The translations under genes and the position numbers were made by a program. The notes beneath the pieces were generated by a model. That model made no database searches, was not told the DNA's origin, and saw only the letters and a list, made by a program, of their open reading frames with translations. A DNA stretch of 64,000 bases from Octopus bimaculoides. Taxonomy: Eukaryota. Shown here in pieces: positions 25,832-37,019 of the stretch. The stretch lies in the NCBI RefSeq assembly GCF_001194135.2, contig NC_068984.1, positions 120,009,109 through 120,073,108 on the forward strand, given 5' to 3'. How positions within the stretch are numbered: the first letter of the stretch is position 1; each line of letters starts with the position of its first letter.

Positions 25832-26235
25832 GGCACAGGCATGGCTGTGTAGTAAGGGGTTTGCTTCCCAACCACATCTTTCCAAGTTCAGTCCCACTGC
25901 ATGGAACCTTGGGCAAGTGTCTTCTACTATAACCTCAGGCTGACCAAAGCTTTGTGAGAAGAGTTGGTAGACGGAAACTGAAAGAAGTCCATCGAATATG
26001 TGTGTGCATGAATGTACGTGTGTGTATGTACTTGTCTTTGTGTTTGTCTCCCATCACCACAGGTGCTGGTTCTTTACATCCCAGTAACTTAGTGGTTTGG
26101 CAAAAGAGACTGACAGAATATGTACCAGGCTTTAAAAAGTAAGTACTTGGGTTGATTCGTTCAAATAAAATTCTTCAAGGCAGTGCCCCAGCATGGCCGC
26201 AGTCTAATGACTGAAATAAGTAAAAGATGAAAGAT
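25832..26235 (+). mobile_element. SINE B, full length
   Basis: GGCACAGGCATGGCTGTGTAGTAAG ... CCCCAGCATGGCCGCAGTCTAATGACTGAAATAAGTAAAAG. Confidence 0.9.
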
Positions 26236-26304
26236 ATATATATATATATCAGTATTTATCTATCTAGCTGCCTGACTGCTTGTCTGTCTGTCTGTCTATC
26301 TATC

Positions 26305-26520
26305 TTATTTCTTTACTGCACACAGAGGGGACAAACAAGGACAGACAAACGGATTAAGTAGATTATATCAACTTCAGTGCGTAACTGGTACTTATTTAAT
26401 CGACCCTGAAAGAATGAAAGCCAAAGTCGACCTCGGCGGAATTTGAACTCAGAATGTAGCGGCAGACGAAATACCACTAAGCATTTTGCCAGGCGTGCTA
26501 ACGTTTCTGCCAGTTCACTA
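26305..26520 (-). mobile_element. SINE A
   Basis: Same tail type as 3130-3360 and 29549-29780. Confidence 0.9.
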
Positions 26521-26524
26521 CCTG

Positions 26525-26567
<43 letters not shown>

Positions 26568-26568
26568 G

Positions 26569-26611
<43 letters not shown>

Positions 26612-27659
26612 GCCTGCCTGCCTGCCTGCTTCATTCTATTTGTGTCTATCAAATCCAATTCACTCAAAGCTTTGTGGGTCTATGACAGAAGACACTTACC
26701 CAATGTGCCATTCTGTGGAACTGAACCCTAGACCATGTGATTGGGAAGTGAACTTCTAAATCGCACATGTTTGTGGTGCAGTTTCAATGACTGAGCCATT
26801 TCAATTAAGTCACCGTTTGTACCTAGTTTAAGTAGCTGACACCTCTCATTTGCAATTCCTTTTACACACTTTGGACTGTGTCATAAGCAAAGCTAAAGAC
26901 CCAGTCTGCTTTTTGTTTTTACGGAGCCATTGTTTTGATTTTAAATTCCTCATATAAGATAAATGATAATTGAGAAAACTACAAGACAAGTTAGAAATAG
27001 AGAAATATAAACAAAAACATCAAACTTTTTTACTTTTATATTACTTCAAATTTTTGTTTTTGCTTTCACTTCTGTATATTTCTACCTTGCATTGTCATGG
27101 CTTCACCAATTCCTTTTAATTCTCTTCCACAAAGCTGCAAATAAATTACATCACATTAACACATATAAGGTTTCCTTGAAGTTGATAATTTGTTTGATAT
27201 TCCAAGCCATAGCTAGGTTGTCTGTGTTTAAAATGATGTAGTCATAAGAATTTTGAAATTAAAACATGTGGTTCCAACTCTTAAACAGAATTTTAGAAGT
27301 TATACTGATTCAATGGTTCTCAAGTGTATTTTTAAGCTCAGTGTCACCTTTTCACTGGATGACATTTTACAAATATCCCATTCCCATGTTTTATCAGTTA
27401 TTTTATATTTTTTTAATCATTGGATTGTGGCCATGCTTTGGTTGGTCTGGAGATAGAGTAGAAATCATGCAGTGGGACTGAACCTGAAACTATGATTTGC
27501 AAGACAAAGGTTGATTATTCTAATAAAATAGAAGATAATTTTGTCAAGTGTTATAATATCTTTGTATTCTTTATGTTAGCCAATCCAGCATATGCTTGTT
27601 TTCAGATATTGGCATAGACTAACACCTCCATATGAAATTTTTAATAAAATTATTAATGA

Positions 27660-28100
27660 AGGTGAGGGCTTATATAATGGTTTCAAACTTTGGCACAAGG
27701 CCAGCAATTTTAGGAGAGGGGTCAGGTGATTACATTGACTCCAGTGCCTGACTGGTGCTAATTTTATTAACTCTAAAAGCATGAAAGTTAAAGCTGACCT
27801 TAGAAGAATTTGAACTCAGAATGCAATGCCAGAAGAAATTCTGCCAAGCCTTTTTTCTGTCCAGCATGCTAACAATTCTGCCAGCTCACCACCCTTTTAT
27901 AATTCTTTCTAATTTTTGGCTCAAGACCAGCAATTTTCAGAGAAGCAAGTCAATTACAACAACCCCCAGTACTTGACTGGTACTTATTTTATTGTCCCTG
28001 AAAAGATGAAAGACAAAATCAACCTTGAACTGAGAACAATGGACGAAATACTGCTAAGCATTTTGTCAAGTGTATTAACGATTCGGTCAGCTCACTGCCT
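27660..28100 (-). mobile_element. Two tandem SINE A copies
   Basis: Two successive bodies (27690-27895, 27910-28100). Confidence 0.8.
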
Positions 28101-28250
28101 TGAGGGCTTATGTAAGGAAACTATAATACTGGACCTTGGTGCATCATCAATCATGTTTTAGCTCACAGATGACAATGTCTGACTCATATTTTAATAATCT
28201 GACTCATATTTTTAGAGATATGTTTAAAAAAGGAGCATTGCACCTGATTT

Positions 28251-28613
28251 TGTGAAGGCGCAATGGCCCAGTGGTTAGGGCAGTGGACTCGCGGTCATAT
28301 AATCGTGGTTTCGATTCCCAGACCGGGCGTTGTGAGTGTTTATTGAGCGAAAACACCTGAAGCTCTACGAGGCTCCGGCAGGGGATGGTGGCGAACCCTG
28401 CTGTACTCTTCCACCACAACTTTCTCTCACTCTTTCTTCCTGTTTCTGTTGTACCTGTATTTCAAAGGGCCAGCCTTGTCACACTGTGTCACGCTGAATA
28501 TCCCCCAGAACTACATTAAGGGTACATGTGTCTGTGGAGTGCTCAGCCACTTGCACGTTAATTTCATGAGCAGGCTGTTCCGTTGATCGGATCGACTGGA
28601 ACCCGCGATGGAG
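28251..28613 (+). mobile_element. tRNA-derived SINE family D
   Basis: A and B boxes as at 15482. 12-bp TSD TGCACCTGATTT at 28239-28250 and 28614-28625. Confidence 0.95.
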
Positions 28614-29505
28614 TGCACCTGATTTAAATATATTTTCCAGAAAAATTATGAAGCATTTAAACAATTAGTATGCCTGTCCCATAGAGCACCATCTTGTGTG
28701 TTTGGAGTACCCTCGAGAACTACTGTTCAAACAAATAGATGTCAGTTTTGGGCCATTAATTAAAGAGTCCTGCCTTAACATCCTGTGTGCAATGCACTGA
28801 ACATCAGTTTGAGAGGAAAGAGGTTAAGGGGAAAAGGAAAAGAAACAGAAAAAGTGATTTGAATGAAATGCAAATTGATTCTTGCTTTAGTAATTTCCTC
28901 TCGCACAAGAACAAATTAAACAAAGGACAATATTTATTTCCAGGAATATTTGAATGCTATATTAGCCAGCCAAACAATTTAAATATAGTAAAAACAGCAG
29001 AATCCAAGGAAACTGGTGATGTAATGCAAATAGTTCAAACTGTGAAATAAATATTATGTCACAAAGAAGAAGAAAAGTCTAACATTTTGAACAGAACCAC
29101 AGAACCCAATGTTGTGGAGAAAGAGAGAGACGGGGAGGGGCAGGGAGAGAATGGGAGGAACTGTCAACAGGTTTGGCAGGATGAACAAATTTGGAGACAT
29201 AACAGTGAAGAACAGGTGAGGTGAGAGGGGAAATAAGTGTGAGGAGAGAGAGAGAGAGAAAAGTAAACATAGATCTTTATATATAAGACATCATTTCCTT
29301 GTATATAGTAAATTTTTGTTAGAACTGAGGGTGGATTGTTGTTTGAACTAATCATAGAAAAATATTTGACTGTGTGGCTAAGAAATTCATTTTGGAGTTG
29401 TGTGGTTTTGGGTTCAGTTCCACTGTGTGGCACCTTGGGTAAGGTCCTCTGCTACAGCCTTAGGCTGTGAGTGTATTTGGTTCACAGAAACTGAAAGAAG
29501 CTTGT

Positions 29506-29546
<41 letters not shown>

Positions 29547-29548
29547 AA

Positions 29549-29780
29549 GGGCGGCGAGCTGGCAAAATCACTAGCACGCCGGGCGAAATGCTTCGCAGTA
29601 TTTCGTCTGCCGTTATGTTCTAAGTTCAAATTCCACCGAGGTTGACTTTGCTTTTCATCCTTTCGTGGTCGATTAAATAAGTACCAGTTACACACTGGGT
29701 CGATGTAATCGACTTAATCCCTTTGTCTGTCCTTGTTGGTCCAGTCTATGTTTAGCCCCTGTGGGCAATAAAGAAATATA
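29549..29780 (+). mobile_element. SINE A, near consensus
   Basis: GGCGGCGAGCTGGCAAAATC...AAGTTCAAATTCC...GTGGGCAATAAAGAAATA. Confidence 0.93.
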
Positions 29781-29789
29781 TATACATAC

Positions 29790-30015
29790 ATACATATACA
29801 TATATATATGTATGTGTGGGTGTCTATCGCTAGCCACTAATCCTTTTTTGTATTTTCTCTCTGTTTATTTCTGTATTCTTTTCTGTCGAAGAGCGTAGGC
29901 TCGAAATGTAAAAGCCCTCTCACTTCCCAAGCGTTAAACTAATACATCTGTTTGTTGTTTACACACCTGTCCTTTTCTTTTGTTTTTTATTTTTTGTAAA
30001 TTCTCATTATATATA
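29790..30015 (+). mobile_element. Short TA-embedded repeat, probably Penelope-derived
   Basis: Flanked by (TA)n; contains GAAGAGCGTAGGCTCGAAATGTA, reminiscent of PLE pseudo-LTR motifs. Confidence 0.45.
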
Positions 30016-30073
30016 TATATAGATATAAATATTTGTCCAGCTGATGCCAGCATGTAAGGTGGACATCAAATGA

Positions 30074-30118
<45 letters not shown>

Positions 30119-30121
<3 letters not shown>

Positions 30122-31298
30122 CAATTCCATGCAAAAGAAGACAAAGACTGAAAAAATCACAAAACTGTGCTACCATGATTTATATTTGTGTTTCCATAAG
30201 CCAATAGGATTCAAAAAAGTAGAAACAGATTTCCTGCAGGACTACTGTCATGTGACCAGGGCAGCCATTTTGATTCCAGTCTAGAAGATGACAATTTGAC
30301 TGCAAGGACAAAAGGTATATATCCAGTTCCATCCTAGTAAAAGATTAATTTTCTATCTTGCAAAAATGTATTTTCAAGAAGTACTAGAGTAAAACTACAG
30401 TTTGGCAGTGTTATTTTTTGGAATATCATTTTGCTTATTAGCAAAAACAGAATTTACTGTGGCCATTAGAATTTGTTGTATCAGTTACATTTTGGCATTA
30501 TAAGTTTCGTCTAAAAAAACCTGACAAATAATTACTTTAAAACAATGCAACTATTATGACATGTTGTAAAGGGAGATTTTATTCTTATACACAGTACTTT
30601 ATATTTTCAGTTACATGTACCTGCTTGTGCACTGTTCATGGAAATTTCAACCACATTATGATCAGTATTGTAAGGTTCCGACAGTTACCTGCAATGCATG
30701 TAAAATGTCTAGATTGAATTATCTAAGACATTATGTATGTGCTACAATAAGCTTCAAGAAACGTTATTTAGAACTTTGTGTTCAAGTGCAGCACACATTT
30801 TGAATACATAGTGTGAGTTTTTACCTTTTGATCAGTAGAATACTAATTGAAATCCGAGTTTCAGTGTTGCATCAGTTACACATTTCTAGGTCGAAATGTC
30901 GCATCAGTTACGTGTGTACCTGTCGTGTTAGTTACATTTTACCAAGTACCCTACAGCATGTATTAAACAATAGTGTTCCATATGAAAGCATGTATAACAT
31001 TCATACGACTTCAGGTTTCTTTTGATATAAAAATTGTTTGCACATGTAAATTTTCTGCACAGGGTTTTCAGCATAAATACCACCAAGTCAGGTATCATGT
31101 CCTTTTACTGTTGTGTCAGTTAAGCAAGTATTTATTCTGTTAGACAAGCTAGTTGAAACAGAATTACAATACATATGTAACAATATTTAAGGGCCGCAGC
31201 AGTTTAAGTATTCACCAGTCATTACATTTCAGTTAGCTTAAATAACATGCCAGAAGGTTTTTAGTATCAAAAAATTCTTGTAAGTGTTGCGTCAGTTA
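30119..31298 (+). mobile_element. Unclassified interspersed repeat, copy 2
   Basis: Begins GGGCAATTCCA right after a (TA)n tract; colinear with copy 1. Confidence 0.85.
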
Positions 31299-31984
31299 AA
31301 TCTAGAATGCAGTGAGGAGTGAATGGGATCTTTAATGAGAAGGAAGACAACTTGGCTCAGTTTTTGATGTTGTTAAACCTCATTAGCAAAATATAGTCTA
31401 GCAGAGACTGCTTACAATATATCTAATTTTGTCTTCCACCATTTCTGTTAACTCATTGCTCTTCAATTCTTCAAATATTGATTTGTTATATTGACCAAAT
31501 ATCTCAAATACTAAACATCACAGTCTGTGGAATAAGCTGCAATTAAATAATATAGTCTGTCATATCAAATGAAAATGCTTATTTATTCCAAAGTCTATAA
31601 TAAAATTTATATTGGGAAGTTTGCATTTTCTGAATCAGTTTCCTTCATAAAAATTCATAAGAGATAGTTAAATTACTTTTGACAGAATTGTCAAAACTGA
31701 AAATTAATTCAACTCTGAGACATAGCTTAATCATTCATGTACACTGCTAATATCTTTGTCACGTTTTGTTTTATACTTACAGCAAAAAGAATGGCTTGCT
31801 ATGTCTGTTTTGAAAGAAAAGAGAATGAAGTATTTATGAAGATTAAGATGGATATTAATAATATGAATTTTAGACGAAATCTCATATACATGGAAGACAC
31901 ATTTCTGTTTTGTATCTTGGGAGGGTTACAATAATAAACATACACACTGGTATGATTTAATTATTTTTACTATTCATACTCAGC

Positions 31985-32440
31985 TGAAGGTGGTGAGCTG
32001 GCAGAATTGTTAGCATACAGGGCAAAATGCTCAGTGTAATTTCACTCTTATCATACGCTGAATTCAAATTCTACCAAGATCAACATTGCCATTCATTCTT
32101 TTGAAGATCAATGAAAAAGTACCAGTTAAGTACTGAGGTCAATGTAATTGACTACTTCCTTCCCCAAAAATTTCAGGCCTTGTGCCTTTAATAGAAATGA
32201 TTATTATTCAGCCTGAAAAGCAGTGAGCTGGCAGAATCATTAGCATGCTGGGAAAAATGCTTAGTGGCATTTCACCTCACTTCACATTTTGAGTTCAAAT
32301 TCCGCAAATGTTGACTTTGCCTTTTATCCTTCCAGGGATCGATAAAATAAGTGCCAATCAAAAACTGGGGTCAATGTAATCAACTACCTGCTTCCCCCTA
32401 AATTTCAGGCCTTGTGCCTATATTAGAAAGGGTTATTATT
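31985..32440 (+). mobile_element. Two tandem SINE A copies
   Basis: Both end AATTTCAGGCCTTGTGCCT..TAGAAA.GATTATT/GGTTATT. Confidence 0.85.
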
Positions 32441-32689
32441 ACTAAGCTGTTGCAATCATATTCTGGCTCTCTGGCACCATTATCTCTATCTCCCTTCTAA
32501 TTAATCTCAGCCATCCTTGATACATGGTTAGTCATGCATCTCCTCTGCAGCAATTCCCTCTATCATTCTGTAGCCTTCAATATCAGGCATGCAGCCACCT
32601 TTCCCTCACTCTCAAATCATTCCCATTCTGTCAAAAGGGCTTTCTCTTTTTCTTCTTTTACTTTGTCTTACATGTTAGTTGGCATCTGC

Positions 32690-32880
32690 ACCAATCCTGG
32701 TGGCATGGAAACAAGCACCCAGTGCACAATGTAAAGTAGGTGGTTTCATGAAGGGCATCAGACTGTAGAAACCATGCCAAAACTGACATTGGAACCTAAT
32801 GCAGCTTCTGCAGTTTTTCAGACTCTGCCAGATAGTCCAATACATGCCAACATGGAAAACAGATGTTAAGTAATAATGAA
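32690..32880 (+). mobile_element. Retroposon family C, degraded
   Basis: GAAGGGCATCAGACTGTAGAAACCATGCC...CAACATGGAAAACAGATGTTAA. Confidence 0.75.
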
Positions 32881-33103
32881 CTGGTTAATCATTTAATTAA
32901 TTACAAATCAATTTACCATTCAGTCAATCAGTCAACCAGCAAGGTTCATTATATCATTTTGGTAGCATTTGTGACTTCAATGGCATGCTTTCTTTGCTCC
33001 AGGATACCTATATACACACATATGTATATATTAGAGGAAAAGGACAACAAAAACCAAGTCAGGATGAGTATCTCAAGTAATTTAGGGTAAGGCAAATTTG
33101 AAA

Positions 33104-33177
33104 TCTTACAGTTATTTCGGGGATATCCCAAGTGATAGGCTAGCATGTCCGTACACTGAGTATTTCGTCATCAGAGA
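33104..33177 (-). ncRNA. Minimal type I hammerhead-ribozyme-like motif in a PLE-derived fragment (~33040-33240)
   Basis: Minus strand TCT-CTGATGA-[stem II region incl. GGGATATCCC]-GAAA-T-AACT-G-TA-AGA. Intact CUGAUGA and GAAA, GUA triplet, 3-bp stem I (TCT/AGA). Confidence 0.55.
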
Positions 33178-33991
33178 CAAGGTAAATATATATGAAAGTT
33201 CCAGACAGGGAAATCCGCAGTTTATAAGGAATAAAATAGAAGAATAAAGAGTAAGAATAGATAGAAGCATACAGACAGGAAAATAAAGTTCACTGGTCAT
33301 CTTTTCCCAGAGGGTTATTTTTGATTTTACTTTCGCTCTCATTCATTCTTTCCTGCACCTATCCCATTCTTATCTTGTCTCCCTTTTTTCTTTCATTCTC
33401 CCTCTTTTCTCTCTTTCTCCTCTCTCTTCTATCCACTCACTCACAACCCACTTCTGTCTATTTTGATGCCTGTCTATCTCACTCTCTATACCCACATGGA
33501 CCATTTACACCTAGTCTATTACTTCAACATGAATGCATCACTCAAAGTACTACCAAAATACTGCCTGGATTTACCTGGAATTTTACCTAAGGGCGTATAC
33601 CTTCACAGAAATATAGACCAACCTCCATACCCTCTGGAAAAAGCTGAACTGTGAATTTTATTCTCCTGTCTGTATTCTTCCATTTACTTTTAGGGTTAAA
33701 TAGAAATGTTCTTTTTTGTATTTGGTTTGCAAAATTCTTGATGTGAACCTATGTGTTGAATCAGATTTTGTTGTATCTTGAGAGGGTCATTTGACCAACC
33801 ATTCACCAAATTAGCTCCAAGTCTGCTCTAGATCCTGGTGCAAAGAAGGCATGTCATTGATGAAGTTACAAATACTGGTGAAAGGACATAATGAACCTTG
33901 TTCATTGACTGATAGACTGAACAATTAATTAAGCAATTGATTAGTTAATTGGTTAAATGATTAACTAGTTCATTATTGTTTAACATCCTTA

Positions 33992-34027
<36 letters not shown>

Positions 34028-34037
34028 NNNNNNNNNN
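34028..34037. other. Assembly gap within (TA)n
   Basis: 10 N. Confidence 1.
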
Positions 34038-34072
<35 letters not shown>

Positions 34073-34660
34073 TAACACACAAACACACATATAAATATGT
34101 CTAAAGATATATTTGTATCTATCCATCTGTCTACATTGGTGTGTTTGTGTACATACATATATGCGTATGTAATGTATATACATGTATGTATGAAAAAGAA
34201 AAATGATACATTTAACATTGAGGTCATCTGCAAACTAGATAGGCAAAATAATAAAAAGGATATATTATTGATGTAAAGAAATATTAAATCTGTCTAGCAG
34301 CCAGATTGGATTAAATTCATGCTTAAAAATCTCTCTATGCAAAAGTTTACATTGAATTAATCCTTTTGTTTTTACTGAAGCATGTATTGTTCATGTTTCT
34401 AAAACATTACAAAAGCTGTAATGTGGATAGTTATTGGTAAGTGTGTAAATAGATTAGATTTTGGATACTAGAAGAAATATATGGTAGCACACAGGTGATT
34501 TTTCAATTTTTCTCCCCCAACTATCTCTGGTTGTATAATTTGATTCTGGCTGTAGTAATCAAAGAAGACTGCAAATTAGTAGAAGACTTTGGTAGCGTTT
34601 TGTTGCTGTTTTTTTTTTTTTTGCATAGTTTCTTGGCTTCTAATTACATTTCTTTTGTAG

Positions 34661-34742
34661 ATAGTGTGTTGTTCTCTTGTCAAAGAACTAGTCAAGCAAA
34701 CATCTAAAATGTTGTTGAATTAGTGAGCTTGCAAAATTATAG
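34661..34742 (+). other. Candidate non-coding exon
   Basis: TTTCTTTTGTAG| acceptor and TAG|GTGAGT donor; stops in all three frames. Confidence 0.25.
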
Positions 34743-35014
34743 GTGAGTGGTTGTTTCGGATGGAATATATGGTATATATACTATAGAAAAGAATTTTAAT
34801 TATTTCTCAAAATACAACAAAACATTTCATCTTTTGTAACTAATTTCATAAGAGCTCAGATGACCAATTCTGTAAGTTCCCAAATAACTAGCTGCGTGAT
34901 TGATAGTCTGAATTTTATTGTTGCCACAATGTTATTATCTTTGGTTAAAGCAGTTAATTCTCAACTGTTGATTCTGCTTGGTTGAAAGTCTGTACCATAA
35001 ACTTAATTCATGTA

Positions 35015-35270
35015 TAGATCTTTTACTTGTTTCAGTCATTGGACTGCTGCCATGCTGGGGTACTGTTTTGAAGAATTTTAGTTGAACAAATCAACCCCAG
35101 TACTTATTTTTTTATTTTTTAAAGCCTGATACACTTATTTTATTGGTGTCTTTTCCCAAACTGCTAAGTTACAGTGACATAAACACACACGCCAGTTGTT
35201 ATGTGGTGGTGGGGGACAAACACAGGCACAGAAATGCACATACATACATAATACAAACATACATTTATAT
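35015..35270 (-). mobile_element. SINE B 3' half
   Basis: CTTTTACTTGTTTCAGTCATTGGACTG...GGGGACAAACACAG; the Helitron begins in its microsatellite region. Confidence 0.8.
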
Positions 35271-35271
35271 A

Positions 35272-36003
35272 CTAGCCTGAGATACCCGGCGTTACTCAGG
35301 ATTGAAATGGCATAGTTTGTATATATGTATATTACAGAGTTATGTTGAAACAGGCAATATGGGAAAGTGCAGCATTGATGACAAAGCAGTTGTGGGGTAA
35401 ATTTTAAAGCTTTGCAGAAATGATAATTTAAGTTTAGCACACCGATTTGGACAGAATTATAATTTTTAAAAGAATGGGATGAATCCATATCTGAAAGCAG
35501 CTTCAGGAGCTGTGAAGAACGAATTTGTACATTGTCCCTTTCTGTGAGCTATTCTATTGGACCTCTGTATAATGTGGCATGCTAAATGTTGTTTTAATGA
35601 TTCAGCATTAAGTGCTGCAGCATGCCTTTGCCGATCTTGGGAAAATCTCATCTCCCTTCTCTCTTGAGACTCCATCAGACGTGCTGCAGCATGCCTTTGC
35701 CGATCTTGGGAAAATCTCATCTCCTTTCCCTCTTGAGACTCCCTCTGATGTGCTGCAGTATGCCTTTGCTAATTTTGAGAAAGTCTCATCTCCCTTCTTT
35801 CATGAGACTCCATCAGCTATGCTGCAGTATGCCTTTGCTGATCTTGAGAAAATCTCATGTCCCTTATCTCTTGAAACTCTCACTTATGGTTTTCTGCAAT
35901 CCTCTTTGCTTGATAGGTGTTTCTGGAGAGATGACGATTTTTCTTGGGTGGCATATTTGTTTTACAATATTATAAACAAAAAAATTATGAATATAGAAAA
36001 AGA
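35272..36003 (-). mobile_element. Internally deleted Helitron with both termini
   Basis: Minus strand 5' A|TC at 36003. 3' hairpin CCTGAG..CTCAGG then CTAG|T at 35272, no TSD. Decayed ORF from ATG 35954: MPPKKNRHLSRN..(ESQERREMRFSQDRQRHAAARL)n..EAAFRY, then after a frameshift SVQIGVLNLNYHFCKALKF, the Helitron N-terminal repeat and IGxMxxxCxxCxALKF zinc-finger start. Confidence 0.88.
35614..35880. repeat. 69-bp (23-codon) tandem repeat, ~4 units, inside the Helitron
   Basis: GCTGCAG(C/T)ATGCCTTTGC units start at 35614, 35683, 35752 and 35821. Confidence 0.95.
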
Positions 36004-36658
36004 TATACATTAATCTCTCATGTAAGTAGTATGTCTGTATTTTTGTATGCAGTATAAATTAACCAAATATAAGCAAACTATAAGTACCTTGTAACTGCTG
36101 TGGTAGTTATGAACAGGTAACCAAAGAGAAGCACATGTATGAACTGATAATTTAACAGTCTGTGAACCTTGTGACATATCCAGCATTGCAGAATTTGTGC
36201 TTATGGTACTCTGTGAGCATATTGTTCACTCTGCTCCATTCTTCAATTATCTCATTTTGAAACAAACACAGTTTATAAATATGCCAAAGCCTCAGTTTCT
36301 AACTATGACTGAAATTTTCCAGTTTTGAAACATTGTCATACTAGTTACTTTACATATGTAGCCATTTGTTACATCTTCATCAAAGATGTTTCAAAGGGTT
36401 TTGTTTTATTTTGTAGTATTGTTAATTGGTAAAGTGACAGAAACTTGACTAATCTATAGTTTGTATCCTGTCACAATTGTTTTGTTTTATCCACTTTCAA
36501 AAGACTTTATCCTTGATTTAGTCCATTTTATTGCTAATAAATATAATCTGTTTGTACAACTCACTATTGCTAGCAATCAGAGCACTATAGAATTAATGTT
36601 TGTTAACTCATAATGCTTAGTTATTCCATAAATATCATTGGTTATTCCATTAATATTA

Positions 36659-37019
36659 TTTATAACCCTGTGCATGTGAGCGAAGCAGGGTTATTGTAGT
36701 CACTCATTTTTGTCTGTGTGCTTGCAAAATTACTGGGAAATGGCTGAATGGATTTTCACGATATTTGGCAGAAATACTCATTAGGCGAGTGGCTCAAACT
36801 CATTAAATTTTGGTTTGATTATTTTCAAACTGGTGGACGGGTGAATCAAAATGTTTTTTTTTTTCTATGTTACAAATGCATAAACAATAAGCAGGGAAAA
36901 TAACCCTTGATGTCATTTTGTTGAAACATGAATTCGTCTGAGAATATATTTGTTATATTAAATTTTATTTTATCCTTGTGTGCGTGCAGGGTATGCATTG
37001 TCCCTCTAATGCCTTTTTT
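36659..37019 (+). mobile_element. Helentron-associated INE (HINE/DINE-1-like)
   Basis: 5' TTT-ATAACCCTG (36662-70) with inverted CAGGGTTAT (36686-94), GTCTGT tract, GGATTTTCACGATATTTGG. 3' GCAGGGTAT (36986-94), hairpin GCATT..AATGC, then a T-run. Confidence 0.75.

Noticed and set aside
28787-29050. 87-aa ORF in unique sequence
   Set aside because: No recognisable motif, a GTG start and no convincing splice pair; compatible with chance.
29886-29910. Hammerhead-like TCGAAGA-GCGTAGGCTC-GAAATGTA
   Set aside because: The core is UCGAAGA rather than CUGANGA and no convincing stem I is present; at most a degenerate relic.
33111-33180. Apparent plus-strand exon YFGDIPSDRLACPYTEYFVIRDK with AG/GT boundaries
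   Set aside because: It coincides with the antisense of the hammerhead-bearing PLE-derived repeat, which explains its composition.
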